A stretch of DNA of 64,000 bases from Diadema antillarum (lineage: Eukaryota). Numbering within the stretch: the first letter of the stretch is position 1; every line of letters begins with the position of its first letter. The stretch lies in assembly GCF_040938485.1 (NCBI RefSeq), contig NW_027270975.1:1302001-1366000 (forward strand), in the 5' to 3' direction. This document shows, piece after piece, positions 32,826-47,085 of the stretch. Position numbers and translations under genes: made by a program. Below the pieces are notes generated by a model. The model had not been told where the DNA came from. It saw only the letters and a list, made by a program, of their open reading frames with translations, and did no database searches.

Positions 32826-33842
32826 GTAAGTCATTGTTTACGTACACCTGTGTTATCAATATGAATCAATCTCCCTGAAGTTACATTGTATGTTGCTTTT
32901 ACTATACCTAAGTAGATGATGCCATTTGGTGAGATACATTCTTATCCAGCTCTGATTGATTCATGATTAATTACATGTTGCTCTCCTTTCTTCTGTAGAT
33001 CCTCTAAATAGTGAAAAAATTGTTTTGTGAGAAGGAATACAAGATCAACCAGACTTTTTCCTTATAACAAAAGATGCAGACTCCCATTTTCCTCCTTGTT
33101 TTCCTAGTATTTGGAATATTACATTACACTGTGAAATTACATCATGTCAGTGAGTTTTTTACTTTTGCAATTAAATATTGATTTTATTGTCTTCAGTGTG
33201 ATGATCTGTTTTGTAACAATTCACACTTTCATTCCTATTCTGCCAGAGCCTTCTCATTTTTCACTTGGTAAAAATTGGTATCATTTGCGAGTTTTTTAAT
33301 GGGGAGGGTTATCAAGAAGATCTTTTTTATTAAAAAAAAAATGTACAGGCTAATTCTGTCATCTTATTCACTATAACTTGACATGATTCAGATTGTATGC
33401 CTGTTTTGTGTTTTATTCACATTTTACCGAGTATGTGTGTGTGGTCCTAGAGTTTCATGGTGTCAACATTTTCACTGAGAACTTCTGCTGCTTTTCCTGC
33501 TTTTCAACAGTAGAGGGCAGCATTCAAAGTTCTGGTCCAGAACCGTAACTATCTATGGTCCTGTTGTAGTCACGGATGCTATCTGATTGTGCCAGTATCA
33601 TGGTCATGGACGCTAGATATTGTGCCAGTATCTTTGCCAGTTGTTTGGATTCCTAATGCAGGCCTTTTTGTTCATTTTTTTTTTCTGAATGACTTACTAT
33701 CATCATTGCACATGTTGTCATTACAATGACAGTTTACCTGAGGGATATTTTATTGCTCCTTTACTTGGCATTTGTGCTCTTGTAGAATACATCTTTTGCA
33801 TTCCCAAAGCAACCAAGACTCTTTCAGAAGTAGAAAACACTT

Positions 33843-34087
33843 GGGTGCTGTGGCATAGTGGATAAGACTCCCTACTCCCAAGCAGAGGACCCAAGTTCGA
33901 TTCCTGCCCAGTGCTTACGTCTTTGGACTAGATGTTTTTACCCACAATGTCTCTCTTGACCCAGGTGTATAAATAGGTACTTGGCAACACTAGGGTAATA
34001 ATAATGGCAGGGCCCTCTGGTAGAGCAGTGGCAACACTGAAGAGGCTACCCTGGATAAATAAGACCTTATTATTATTATTGTTATTA
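33843..34087 (+). mobile_element. Full-length tRNA-derived SINE
   Basis: A box TGGCATAGTGG (33851-33861), B box GTTCGATTCC (33895-33904), central ctcttgacccaggtgtataaataggtac core, (TTA)n tail. Confidence 0.88.
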
Positions 34088-34501
34088 CTATAGTTTAGAT
34101 AACTAGTATGACTCATTTCCACTAAATTTCTGCACAGTCAAATCCTAACAATTGTTAACATTCCATGTTAAACTGAACAAGACCAATGTGAAACCCAAAG
34201 ACTTTTTTTTAAAAGTGCCAAGAAATTCCAGAAAACATTGACATTAAATGCAAAGACAAGTGAATTGAAGGCTCTTGATTCAGTCATAGGAGGACCCGGT
34301 CCTCCCAGACGAGTATCATTCATCTATAATTGCAGAATGATCGCAGAGCTGCTCATTCTGTGCCTAATACAGTGTCTATCTTTTAATACCCTGGAATGAG
34401 CCTCACTTGTATCCACCAATATTATTACCAAATGCATCAATCCTCGTGATCCTTCTTCAAATATTAACCTAGAATTAATCACTCCCCTTATTTCTCTGCA
34501 C

Positions 34502-34545
34502 TACCCCCCCCCCCCCCAACACACACACACACACACACACACACT
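34502..34545. repeat. Poly-C followed by (CA)n microsatellite
   Basis: Directly visible. Confidence 0.9.
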
Positions 34546-37229
34546 CCCACGTCTTGCCTACAGACTTAATCAAGTCATTCCTCAACTTGGAACATACCAT
34601 ATGCTGACACTTCTTCGCTTGACATTTATCCACCCAAGGGTTTCCATGGTTCCCCCATGGGTTCCTATTGCAAATAGATATATTAGCGCACAACATACAG
34701 AAGCTCTGCTATTTTGGGTGTTTTTATTTGTGCCAATGTTTGAACTTTATATCCTGCTTATGAATGTATGTACATATGTCTGACAACCTGATTAGTTTTA
34801 GTTTCCTTCTTTTTCTTTTTTCTTTTTTTTTTTGGGGGGGATATTGTCTTTGTGAACCTTTAGTCATAGAATCGGCCATCATTAGTTGGTGTATGAGGCA
34901 ACGTTAATATGTGTAGGGTTTGCTATTTTCTTAGCACTCTTACTTTCATACACAAATCATTTAGATTAATATTTTAGAAATGGGCATTTTAAACATAGTG
35001 CTATCTTGCTGTTTTTCATTCAGTTTCACTCGAGATACATCTGTAAGAAGGGACTTTATCTGTGCAGGTATTACTTTTACTTTGCTATTTTCTTTGAGGC
35101 CATGAAATGAAAGACACTTGACTGTTGTGAATGAGAGGGATCTTATTCCTTTTTGTCACAAGAGGCATAATAGTGGAAAGTATTAACCTGATATGACTTG
35201 TTTTTGGAGTGTCATACATCGACTTATGAGTATTATTGAAAGGAGGTGGTTTGAGGTTGAATGGATTAGTACTTGTATCAAAGAATAGACAAGACAAAAA
35301 CAGTGCTATAAATTGCAGATACTCAAATGAGAAGCTACTGTAAGTTTACCTGGAACGAGAACACAAACTATTAGTTGACTTTGAATTGTAAACTTAGCTG
35401 CCAGGAAACTAAAATATTTGATAGATCTTGTAGGTGCCATGGGGTGTGGTAATTACATATATATAGGAGTGGTGAGCTTTATTGTGGACCATTTCATTCC
35501 AAAGTGCAGTGCTAAAAGAAAAAAACCAGTTACTGTCCCCTGCTATTATGACGGTAACAGCAAAAGACATCCCTTTCCTTTGAAAATGGTAAAGACAGTG
35601 AGATTATTAGTGAAGACATTAAATATGATGATTGGAATTCATTGCATTATTAATTTACCTCTGCAAGCTTATCATAATAAGATGTTGGGAGATTTGTTTT
35701 TGTTTTTTTTTGTATTCAAATAGTAGTGATAGTAGTATCTGTATGTATTTCATGATCACCAACTTTCATATATTTCACATATTTCATATTCTAAGATGTA
35801 TGTATTTCAGTAACATAAACTGCATATCAATATCTGACAAGAGCAGTGTAGTGAGTCGTTTGAGCAGGTAAACTACATGATTCCATGGATAATTCAAGGC
35901 TGTTTGGCTCCTACTTATTAGGTACCCGGTATCCAAACACACCTGAGTTGCAATCAATGATTTCTTGCTAGCCAAGCTATTGATTTGCTCAAGCCAAGTA
36001 ACATCTTCCTGACTGCTGGCATAAAGCTGGCTGTAGTCTGCACCACTTGGAAGTAAAAAAAAAAAGCCATCTTCTCATAAGGTTTAAGCCTTTGATTCTC
36101 AGTCAAATTCATTATCTTCACCTCTACTCCAGTTCAGTTTTACATTTCAACAATGGGTTTGCACATGGAATGAAAACTGTAACAGCATTCCGAAAGTCAG
36201 AAATCATTTTGAATATTTCCCACAACGACATACTGGAAGAAAAATCATGCGATGGACTAATTAAAAAAAAAAATATGAATATAGATGAATAATAAGTAAG
36301 GTCATCTCAGAGTAGAATTCTAATTGTTTGTTTCTGTCTGGGAATCCATTTCTTCCCTTGATGTGTCTTTTTTTTTCTTTCTTCATATTTACAATTGGAC
36401 CAAAATCTGGTTGTAACAGTATCAAGTATTTCAGTGTTAATTAATTTAAACCTTGACTTTTTAGGAATGCATGAAGAGACATCAATCCAAGTGGTTGCAA
36501 ATGTTGTTGATTTACCTGCTGACTGCATATGCATTAAGTTATATATTGGTTTCAAGAATTTTCTGTTGGAAATGTCATTTCAGAATATCTATTTCTGACC
36601 TAACAAGGGATATCATGATGGTTGGATGAACAATGTGAGCAGGTTCACCAAAGAAAAGTGTGGGCAAAGTTTAGCGCTCCTCCGTCTGTGGGGCAAGCAC
36701 CCTGTACATGGGTACAAGTGTGCATGGCTCACAAGCATAGCACACCTGTACAAATGCGGGGCCTCATTAATGGCCTCAACAAAGTAAATATTAGAGGTGA
36801 TATAAACTCGGACGGAGATATCAGGTGTCTAAATGATACTGCCTCTCCCAGACATAGTGGGAGAAGATTACTTGAGAAGAGCACGCGAGCCATGGTTTTA
36901 TGAGTGGAAGATATTTTCATCTAAGGGTGGGGATTGAAAACATTATTTGATAAACTGTGACTTGTAGTATGTTGCACAAGATGAGCAAATTATAACATGA
37001 TTACCCTTGACATTCTGACCCCCCCCCCCCCCCCCCCTGCATTTTTGGGCTTGTTTCTGTCTGCTTTTTAACCAAGCATATACTTTATGTGTCAAGGTTG
37101 TGGTCAAAATAAGGATATCATGAAGTCTTCTGATTAGATTTGTTAAAGTACATACGCAACAATTGATCGGCTGATAATAACTTTATGTACGTGTACATGT
37201 ATATTAGATGAAATTTAGTAGATTAGCAG

Positions 37230-37260
<31 letters not shown>

Positions 37261-40200
37261 TTTTAGGGGGGGGAGGGGGTATTCTTAAACCTTTCAGTAA
37301 ACATTCACTCTAAACCTTGATAATGAAATTATGAGAACCATGGGTTTTTCATGATGTGTAGTGTGCAAGATAATTTTCAAATGATTTCATGACAAAAATT
37401 TTGGTCCTTGAGTAATTTCATTAAAAACCTATCACTGAATATTTACATTATCATTTTGTAGCCTTTTCAGAGCCACTATGAAATGAAAGGTAATACCTAA
37501 ATAGTAGTATTCTTTTTCTATCAAAACTTACATTGCCTTTAAAACTGTCATTATGTCAACAGTGACAAAGCAATTGAGAAATGGAGAAATGGGAATAGTA
37601 ATTGGGAGAGAGACTAAAGAAGGTTTTGTAATTGATTGTACCAAGTTTTTAGACATTTATCTATGGCAGTACGATTTCTTCTTCTTCTGTTTTGAAAGAG
37701 TAATTGTGTCTCTGTAAACAACGAGGGAGCAGACTTCCATTTTCCCCTTTCATCTTCCCCTCCATCTTGTCTTCCAAGATGGATTCTGCCATCACAGATG
37801 AGAGGAGTCTAATTGAATTTTAGGAGTCCCTCAACAGAAGCCTACTTTGAAGACTCCCCAGATTGTTGCACATAAATCAAGTTGTGTACATGCCAGTGAA
37901 ATTGTTGTTTGTTCTATTCAGAGCCTGAACTCATAAGGTTGGGGAGGGAACTCTCAGAAAATCTGTGTATTTTGGTAGAAATTAACATATTTAAGCGTTT
38001 GACAATGTTTGATGTGTTTAAAATAATATACACATTGAAATAAGATCTCTGGAAATAATGTAAGTGGAACATAACTGAACCACTAAAAGAGTGTTCAGTG
38101 CATTACATTTGAGCTCTATAATGCGCATAATGAAGGTATGCATTTGTACTTCATATTTTCCTTATCAGATGATATTTTTGAAGTTATTGTTCATGTGAAT
38201 GATATTTCAGTTAATTTCTTGTAAAATAAATGCTGTGCACTGTATATCTTTATTACTGTAAATAGAAAACAGAAATACCTTTTAAACTTCTTGAAATACG
38301 CCCATATTTATAAAGAATGTTCTTCCAAATCATGTCTTCATTTTGAATGTTGTAGAATAGAAATGTGCTCTGTTAAATCTCTCCTATTCTATCGTGCAGT
38401 TTGAAGTCAGCTTGTTATCATAATATGTGTCATCCATTAACAGTTTTAGTGGAACCCCGCGCCCCCCTTCCCTAAGCATCCTGCCATGAAATCCATGAAA
38501 TCTTCAAAAAGCAAGTTAACATTTTCAAATGACTTCAGCACATATCTATGTCCCTTGCCTTAGAAATGATTTGGAAAGCAAGATAAATAGCAGTGAAGAC
38601 ATGTCAAACTAGCTCAACATGACATTTGTTTTTAGTGAAAACACTTCAGGAATGATGTGAGAATGCGATTAGAATATGGAACATGAAACTAATCTTAATG
38701 ATGAATGAGAGAATCAAGATCCTTTTCCTCAAATTTTTTGAAAGTCATCAAGATTGTGTGACTCAAGTCAGCTGTAAGATGATCAAGTAAGAACTAAAAC
38801 ATGACATGCTTTTAAATGTAGATTTACTTTCAGATTTTTTTGAGGTACACATTTGGGGATTTCTTATTCCTAACATAAGCAAGCCCCAGAGTTTAAATGC
38901 AACATGTGAACAGGAGAAATCACAATTTGATAAAGTCGATCCTCGCAGTTTTAAATTTGAAAAGATAACTTTAAGAAAGTAGTTATCCCTGGTCTGTAAG
39001 ACTGAAGTAGCTTTTATATTATTTGACAATTGTAAAGAAACTGAAAAGCAAAGACCTGAGTGATATTTTCATGTTAGGATCAGATTACTCAATCTTTGTC
39101 ATTTGTCACAATATATTCAAACATTAAATGTACAGAAATTGAGTATGTGCTATATTGTAATTATTGCTTTGGGAAAAAAAATGATGCCATTTAATCTATA
39201 ACATGAAAGCACAGTTTTAGCAGAATGGGAACACATATATGTGCAGAGCAAGGAGTTTGATGTTCAGTATTGCTGCGTACATTGATAAGTGCCAAACATC
39301 GCCATGTAGATTACAAGGATTAGGGATGCTCAGATTGATTTAATCACCCCTCTCTGAGCTGCGTCATGAATCGGCACAAATTTGTCTCCAGAGGGCCTTG
39401 ACCAATACAAGCTAGTATTGCATCACCAGTGCATGTTATTCTGAAATATGAGATTGAAAAAAAAAATGGAAAAAAATCAACTGTGGCTTTGTTTCTTCTC
39501 AGGATTATTTTTGTCGCCATAAAGTTAAACTTTCTTTGTCCTTTGCAATAGACATGTGTTGAATACTTTAGTTAGCCTTCAGAAATAATGAAAGTGCATT
39601 TCATACTCCATTTCAAGTTGACTTCAAACTGTGAGAAATATCGAAGAGAGAAATGTAATTAAAATAGGACCCAAAGTAAGAAGGTGATTTTCTAAACTTT
39701 CACATGCTTACACAAAAGTTATGTGTTTTAGTTGTATCTTCCTCTGTGAATAAGGAGAGGTGATGAAACTTTTGTTTAGTTTCTGTACACGTCAAGGAAA
39801 TTCATTCGGGCGTAATCATTATGAAGATAAAGAAACACTCAGTGCAAAAATAATGACAGTTTCATCTAATCTAATTGTTGCAAGCTAGAAAAAAAAATTG
39901 GCAGACATTTTTTTTTTCTTTCCAATGTCATTGTCATGGCCCATCTCAGTGACAGCTTGAATCAGACATATGACATCAATGAGTGCTGATTAGGTTTCAA
40001 AATGGAATTATTCGTTAATGAGATTGACACCAGAAGTTTGATGGTGACAACCATGCACTGGACGTGTTGCTGTGATATGTGGGATTATCAATTTACTTTG
40101 CTGCCTGACTGTCAACAAATTTGCAGTTTCCTGTATTTTTCAGGCATTTGCGAAAATGTAGGCTGATTCTGTCATTTCTGACCTCCTTTTTATTTCATTT

Positions 40201-43200
40201 ATTCTTCATTAATTTATATTGATAATATTAGTGATGTGACATCTTGGAAATCTCTTTGCAGACTGTAGGCAGGCCAGTACTATTTGAATGTGTTCCAGAG
40301 AGGAAATAGCTGATAAGTAGTCCAGATCAGATAAATGATTTTTAACTCTGCCAAAGTCTTTCCAAAAAATGATCATCATCATTCTATTTTCATCCAAGAG
40401 ATTTGACACTGTCATGATTGATAAGAAACTGACTGTTTAATCACTTATTGATTCTATGCTTGGAAAACTTGTCCTATATATTTTGGCTGCATTGACTGAT
40501 TTATGTACTCATTCATTCATTTATTCATTTGCTTGTTATCAAATATGTATGCAATTAGAGAGAGGGAGTTTAGAGAAAGAGATCTATGCATGCTGGTGTC
40601 ACTCCTGAATTTACATCCGATGGCGTCGGCCACGACAGGAACAATATTCATTACGCCTCTTGCTAATCTCTTTTTTTAAGATATGTTAAAACTCACAATA
40701 TGTCATACAATGCATATTATTTACAATTAATTTGCATTTTTGTATGATCTTTGTGTCTTTTCAAATAACTTTCATGTTGTACAACCTGTATTTCCCGTAT
40801 CTGCAACAGAGAATGTACAATGGTATACATCTGATAAGTTTAAGCCTTTAGCCCATTTTCTGTTTTTATTAAGACCTATATAGCCACCGGAAGTGTGTTG
40901 ATTGTTTTTGCCAAATGGTTAGATATGTAAACTATCTATTCAAACCATCAGAGACCCCAAATATTTGCTCTTTTTCATCACCGATATCAAAACCACTAAC
41001 CAAATTTCGTAGGAATTTCCACTGTTTTGACCACTGACTGTCAGGCTCTACTGACCCTCCATTGATGAAAAGTGACCTTCCTGTTCTCTCAAGTATGTAT
41101 TGTCAAACAAGAGTGGGGAAAAATATGAATGAACCTCAACCAAGGTAGCCTACATTTTGATTTGATCTCCTTCATATCTTATGGTTTGTAATGACCACTA
41201 TTTCTCCCCCTTTTTTTACAAGATATTATGTTGCCCTCAATGAATTGATGCAAAGTAGAACATATGTTTCATAGCAAGAGTGTTGGCATGGATCACATTC
41301 CAGTCTTACCAAAGAAGAAAAAGTATAACATCTATTGACATCAGAGGTACTCATTCATGCAACCAAAACAAATTAACATGGTTACTGCTTTCAATATTGT
41401 CCATAGATTAGAAGATTGAGCTAGTCATAGAGAAGGCAGACATGAAGGTAGACAGGATGGTTTGGTGTAGAAGGGATTTTTTATTTTTTATTTTTTTTAT
41501 GTAAGATTTTTAGAATGAGAAGAGTACCATAATGCATGTACTTAGTGTGGGTATGAGGAACTTTTTGAAGTATGAATGGAACATGAACTGACATTTATTT
41601 TTAGGCCTCTTTTCTAGCAGCCCCTTTCTTCTTCTGTTGGCATTCATAAAATCGCCTGATAATGTGATCACCAAAATTTTATTAGGTGGAGGATTAGAAT
41701 TTAGTTTTTTAGCAAAGTTCAACTAAGAGGAATTAGCCAGCACATGAAGGCTGCGGAGGAAGAACAGAATCCTTCTGATTTCCTTGAAAAGAGGCGGGGC
41801 AGATAGTGACATAATCCCGCCTCCCCTCCCAACACACCCAGTGAGTATGGAGGGGAGTGGTGCGTGTAGGAACTGAGGATCAAGCCGATGAGACTGAGGG
41901 GGCAAATACTTTTTGAAGAGAGCAACTTTGAGGGTCTGTGATCTGTATCAAGGGGAGCAAGAAGCTAAGGCTGAGAACAAGATTGTATGGCCAGTGTCAG
42001 ATGGTTGTAAGGTTTGTAGGAGGATATGAGCTTAAATTCATCATAATGTTGTGTTTAGGCTAAGATATACATGTTTTTAAGGGGGTTCCAATGTTCATGT
42101 GTTTTCAAGAAATAAACCAGTCAAAAATTTTTAAATTTATGGGATTAACTTTAATGTAATGTAGTCTTAAATCATTCCAAATATGAGTATTTTGACTTGC
42201 AAGAAAGAGGACGCTATCAACTTGTTTGTGTTAACATTACAGATAGCTCCCTTCTGAGGAATATGGAGGGTTGCAGTTCTTCTCTTGATTGATAATGCTC
42301 TGAACATGCAGTGCTAGTCCTCTATAGTAGCCAATTATCTCATTTGTTCCATCCAGGACCAGACAGTAGGATGAAAACCAGCTTTTTTTCAGCTCCCTAT
42401 TAAGCTTCTCCCATTTGTCTATTCACAAGAAAAGACTTTGATCCTCCTTGAAGTTCTAGCACACAGGTCCTAAAGGCAAGACATGTTTTCATTGTTGTGG
42501 TCGTTCATCTGCTTGGTCCCAGAATCAAGTATCCATTCACTGAGAATAGCTCATGAATGAGACAGACCACCTTGGACATGGTTCCAGCTAGATAGACCAG
42601 GTCCTAATCTCCATACACAGACCTTTGTCCAGTCATTAACCTATTCTTGGTAATTTTTAGTGTCCCAGGATTATAGGTAAACTGTTGACAGCATGCAGCT
42701 GAAATGGGACCACAGAATTTTTTATGAAGGATTACACCAAAGAAATAGACCACAACAAATGTACTTCAATGCCAAGTGGTGGGGGGGCTTGTGAGCATAC
42801 GATATACCAAGAAAAGTTCTTCTTTGAACTACTCCAGAGGCAGTAGTTACTGCAATGTTTGCAAAGTTAGTCCAAGGCAGGAAATTGCCAACTCCAGCTA
42901 CAATGTTGCTTCATGTGGACTAGGCTGCTCCCTGAATGTCATCAGATTTGATAGGTCCATTCCAGTCTTGAACTTGCCTGAAAAACAAATGCAAAAACCA
43001 CCTGTTAAAACTTTCAAATTAAACAACCTAAGCAAACATAACCACACAGTGTAAGACATAACAACTATGTATATGTTATCCTAAATGGCTTAGAGAATAT
43101 ACTTATTAGTACATTGCTCTAACAAACAAGACATTTTTCGTTGCCAAGGTACCATTCAGTGAGGAGAGCAATGTTAATTTCTGTTATTAAGAGTCAGGCA

Positions 43201-43366
43201 GTGGCTGTTGCATATATGTCATTTGTGTTCTATCAAAATTGGGAGGTTTGTCCTTTTTGTTTCATGTTCCTGGAAGAGAAGTAGATTTAAGATATACCTT
43301 AGAAAATAAGTGACATTGCTATTACCATCTCTGTTCTTTGCCCTACATAAAATATACAATCTTCTG

Positions 43367-43943
43367 TTAAAGGACAAGTTCACCTTCATAAACATAAGGA
43401 TTGAGAGAATGTAGCAATATTAGTAGAACACATCATTGAAAGTTTGAGGAAAATCAGACAATCCGTTCAAAAGTTATGAATTTTTGAAGTTTTTGTGCAG
43501 TAACCGCTGGATGAGAAGACTACTCCAGTGTACGAATAACTTAGATGTCACATGCGTACAACAATATAAGGAAAATATAAAGAGAATTTCACAAAATGCC
43601 ATCTTTTGAAAAAAGTACACATTCCCCTGACTCGTTACCGACAAATGTTATGGATAATATAATTCCCCCTGCCTTTAGAAAGAGGCAAGTCAAGAGCTCT
43701 TTTATTACGCGAAAAAAGTGAAAATATGTTGAATTTTCTTTTACATTTTCTTTATACTGTTGTACGCATATGACTCACAAGCTGTAGTAGTCTCCTCATC
43801 CAGCGGTTCCAACACAAAAATTTTAAAAATTCATAACTTTTGCATCGATTGTCCAATTTTCCTCAAACTTTCACTGATGTGTTCTACAAATATTGTTGCA
43901 TTCTCTCAATCCTTATGTTTATGAAGGTGAACTTGTCCTTTAA
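43367..43943. mobile_element. TTAA-flanked long-TIR MITE, Kolobok-like (family B, copy 1)
   Basis: TTAA|aggacaagttcaccttcataaacataaggattgagagaatg ... catttatgaaggtgaacttgtcct|TTAA-type termini with long inverted arms. Confidence 0.88.
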
Positions 43944-46837
43944 ATTCTGTGAGCTATTCAATGGGTTCTTTTCTCACTTTTATTCATAGAAACACCAGTT
44001 GTAATGACAGTTTTCTTGGCAAGCTGTGAAATGTTTCAAGATAAATTATGTCCTTTGCTGTGAGACTTTTAATTGATATTTGTAGATTTTGAACGTGACC
44101 TCAGAGCAAAGCCCAATGCCACTGCTAGATGATTGTGAAGAATCCTGTCCTTCCTGAGTAGAAGAAAAAAAGATAGACATAGCAAAGTGAGTTAAGAGAT
44201 AAATTGTGCAATCCCATCACTCATTTCCTGTCTGCGGAAACTGCCATCTTTTGTTAGCGTCATGTCAGAGGTTGACTGGATTATATGGGAAGGAGAGGGG
44301 TAAGTCCCCCAATCTCTTGCGGAGTTTCCAGCCATCCTCGAAAGAAGCAGGGAGTCAAATCTTGGGATTGTTTTGTAGATCCTACAGAATTATACATGAA
44401 GCATATTGAGACTTCCCATGTGAGACATTTAAAGGCCGAGATAAGTTACAATTTGTAAAAGAAAACATAGTTTATCCATCTTATGTTGCCTAATTCCCCA
44501 AAAGCAAGTTGCTACCGTCTTGGAGAAAGATAAGATGGTGTTTGAAGCAGCCACCAACAAGAAGAAAAATATAGTCTCCACCCTTTTCTGGGAGGGTATA
44601 TTCTCTGGGATAGGAATGGGTGTAATAAGTAATACTTTCGGTAAGATGGCTTTTATCCTTTGATTCTTTGAGGACAAACTATGATTGAAGTCTGCCTACA
44701 GTCATTGCTCCTCTTTCTCATTTTCTTCACTTTACAGTTTGAACAGTTTTAGGTCATGTTTGAGATCACGTTATTAATGTAAAGTCTTAAAGGAAATTCC
44801 TTTCATTTGCAGAGCATTTTTTATATCTCTTGGCATTAGAAAAAATAATCATCTTTTCTTTTCTTGTTTAGTGTTGCTTAGACAGATTTTCATTTGAAGA
44901 AACCACATGATGACATCAAATGAAACAAATTTCAGAAGATATTTCACTTTGTTGCTACCTCTGAAGGCATTGTCAATTTCAGATTGGATATTTGGTATTT
45001 CAATGGTGAGTAAACAAGGATGGCTTTCAAAGAGGTAACATCACTAAATATATCTTGAATATGGAAAACTTTGAGGCAGCAGTAACTATTTACAATACTT
45101 GAAATTTTCTGGCAAGCTTTTTTTGTGGAACTGCTTCTGTGTACAGCAGTACCACATTTCAAATGGTGCTGAAGTGTTTGATTCGAGCTAACAGATGGAA
45201 GTATTTTCAAAAAATTGCTTTTGATTTTTTTCAGCATTTTTTAGGCATCATCCCCATAGTAATTCATAAGAGAGAAAAAAAATGTGTCTGATTCGAAAGA
45301 TGAAATGACACAAAAGTGAATAACACTTGCAAATCAGTGTTTCATGTTTTGATGATCCCATATATGCTGTGCATGTGGTGGATGCTTCCCCTGAAGAAAA
45401 ATTATTTTTTGGTAGCACATGAAACAAAGACATTTTGTTAATGTCAACTTTCTGTTGTATCCTGTGATGAGAAAGTTGCTGATACTTTGTGTTTCCCGTA
45501 AGTGGTCAGGACAGACAGTGTCCAACAGATAAGTGGCATATCTTGATTGATGGAAATTCATTGGGGAGTGAATACGGAGAGTGGAAAAGTTGGACAAGAC
45601 TTCGGAATTCCTTTCTATCCTGCAAATTCCATCTGCGATTCTATTCCTTCTCCTTCTCTTTGGTGTTTTTATGTGCTTGAACCCATACAAAGCATATTTG
45701 CTGAGTTGGTAAAGGTACCATTTCCCCATCAGCCGGCTGCTCGGGTTTTTTGTGTGTGCATAATGGAATCAGAATAAAGTGACATTCCTGGGCTTTTATA
45801 AGTAATTGTTGGGTGATTGACATCTTCAAGTGAAGCAATTTTGCTCTTTGGAAAGTGTTCCGCTGTGATGGAGATCTTCTCCTTTCATTTATTCCTCAGT
45901 GGATAGGTTGCAGATCAAGTTTGCATTTAGAGTGCAGTCTCTTAATTCATATGAATGTCCCTTGGTTTTTAAAGATAACCCTGTAATCATTCTGGACCAG
46001 GGCTTCAGGACCAAGAGCTACTTCACATCAATATGGTGCAATCTGTTGACCAGTATGTCTAATGGGAAATACTCAATGTACTGCCACTTAACATGACTGT
46101 TTTGTCTGATCTATCTGAAAATTGATTACGGTGGTTGTTTATTTTCACATGCAATTGTCGTCAGAACATTTGAATCCAGTCACCAGTCACCATGCACTGC
46201 TACAATGCATAGTACGGATGTGATCAAAACTTCAAAAGTATTTTACATATATCATAACTAGGGTTAGACCAATCTGGTAACATGCTGTTTTATTCTGCCA
46301 CATCTTGTGTGCACGTCAAAAGAATGATTGAAAACAAGGCAAATGTGTTTTGTGTAGCAAAAGTTTCAAAGATATAAAGTGAGTATGCCCTTTAAATCGG
46401 CTATTTGACCCAACAGGATTGGGGCTGATTTAGGTTGTTGCCAATTTGTCACCCAAGTACATATAGCTTGAAATGAATTCCATCTCAAGGAACGAAAAAC
46501 ATCACATGTCCTTTCACATGATAGCTGCAGCTAGCAGTGCTCAGAAAGTGCTTTTACCTGAAATGTCGTTTAACTCAGCAATTTTGTTTTGCTATTCCAT
46601 CTGTGAGCGTCATCTTCCAGGTATGGGGATAGAGTAAGCAAACATTTGATTGTTATCGCAATGTCGCTCGCCAACCTTAAAAGGCAGAGGCCTTATGAGG
46701 AAAGGGTTCTTTTTTTCCCCAGCAGTAACTTGTATTTGTTCAGATTTGGACAGCTAGCACAGTAGAAACCTCCCTTGGCATCTTTTACTTTAACTTTAAA
46801 TGTGCCTTGTTTGCATGCTTGACTCCTCAGACCATGC

Positions 46838-47085
46838 NNNNNNNNNNNNNNNNNNNNNNNNNNNNNNNNNNNNNNNNNNNNNNNNNNNNNNNNNNNNNNN
46901 NNNNNNNNNNNNNNNNNNNNNNNNNNNNNNNNNNNNNNNNNNNNNNNNNNNNNNNNNNNNNNNNNNNNNNNNNNNNNNNNNNNNNNNNNNNNNNNNNNNN
47001 NNNNNNNNNNNNNNNNNNNNNNNNNNNNNNNNNNNNNNNNNNNNNNNNNNNNNNNNNNNNNNNNNNNNNNNNNNNNNNNNNNNNN
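46838..47085. other. Assembly gap (248 N)
   Basis: Run of N. Confidence 1.

Noticed and set aside
16815-32859. Many minus-strand and alternate-frame ORFs over tensin exons (e.g. 18254-18634, 18961-19302, 22645-23295, 32521-32859)
   Set aside because: Shadows of GC-rich, low-complexity coding sequence; no independent homology or splice support.
1222-33910. Functional tRNA genes at 1222-1280 and 33843-33910
   Set aside because: Neither folds into a complete cloverleaf; both lie within repeats.
36608-36903. Slightly GC-richer patch with two open frames and an AA|gtaaat phase-2 donor, as a possible alternative first exon
   Set aside because: Weak splice signals and no recognisable protein features.
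37735-37830. Very long pyrimidine tract ending ccaag|ATG at 37779
   Set aside because: All three frames hit a stop within 15 codons and no donor precedes the stops.
41730-41850. GC-box-like motifs and a CCA|gtgagt donor
   Set aside because: The ATG frame stops before the donor; no other support for an exon or promoter.
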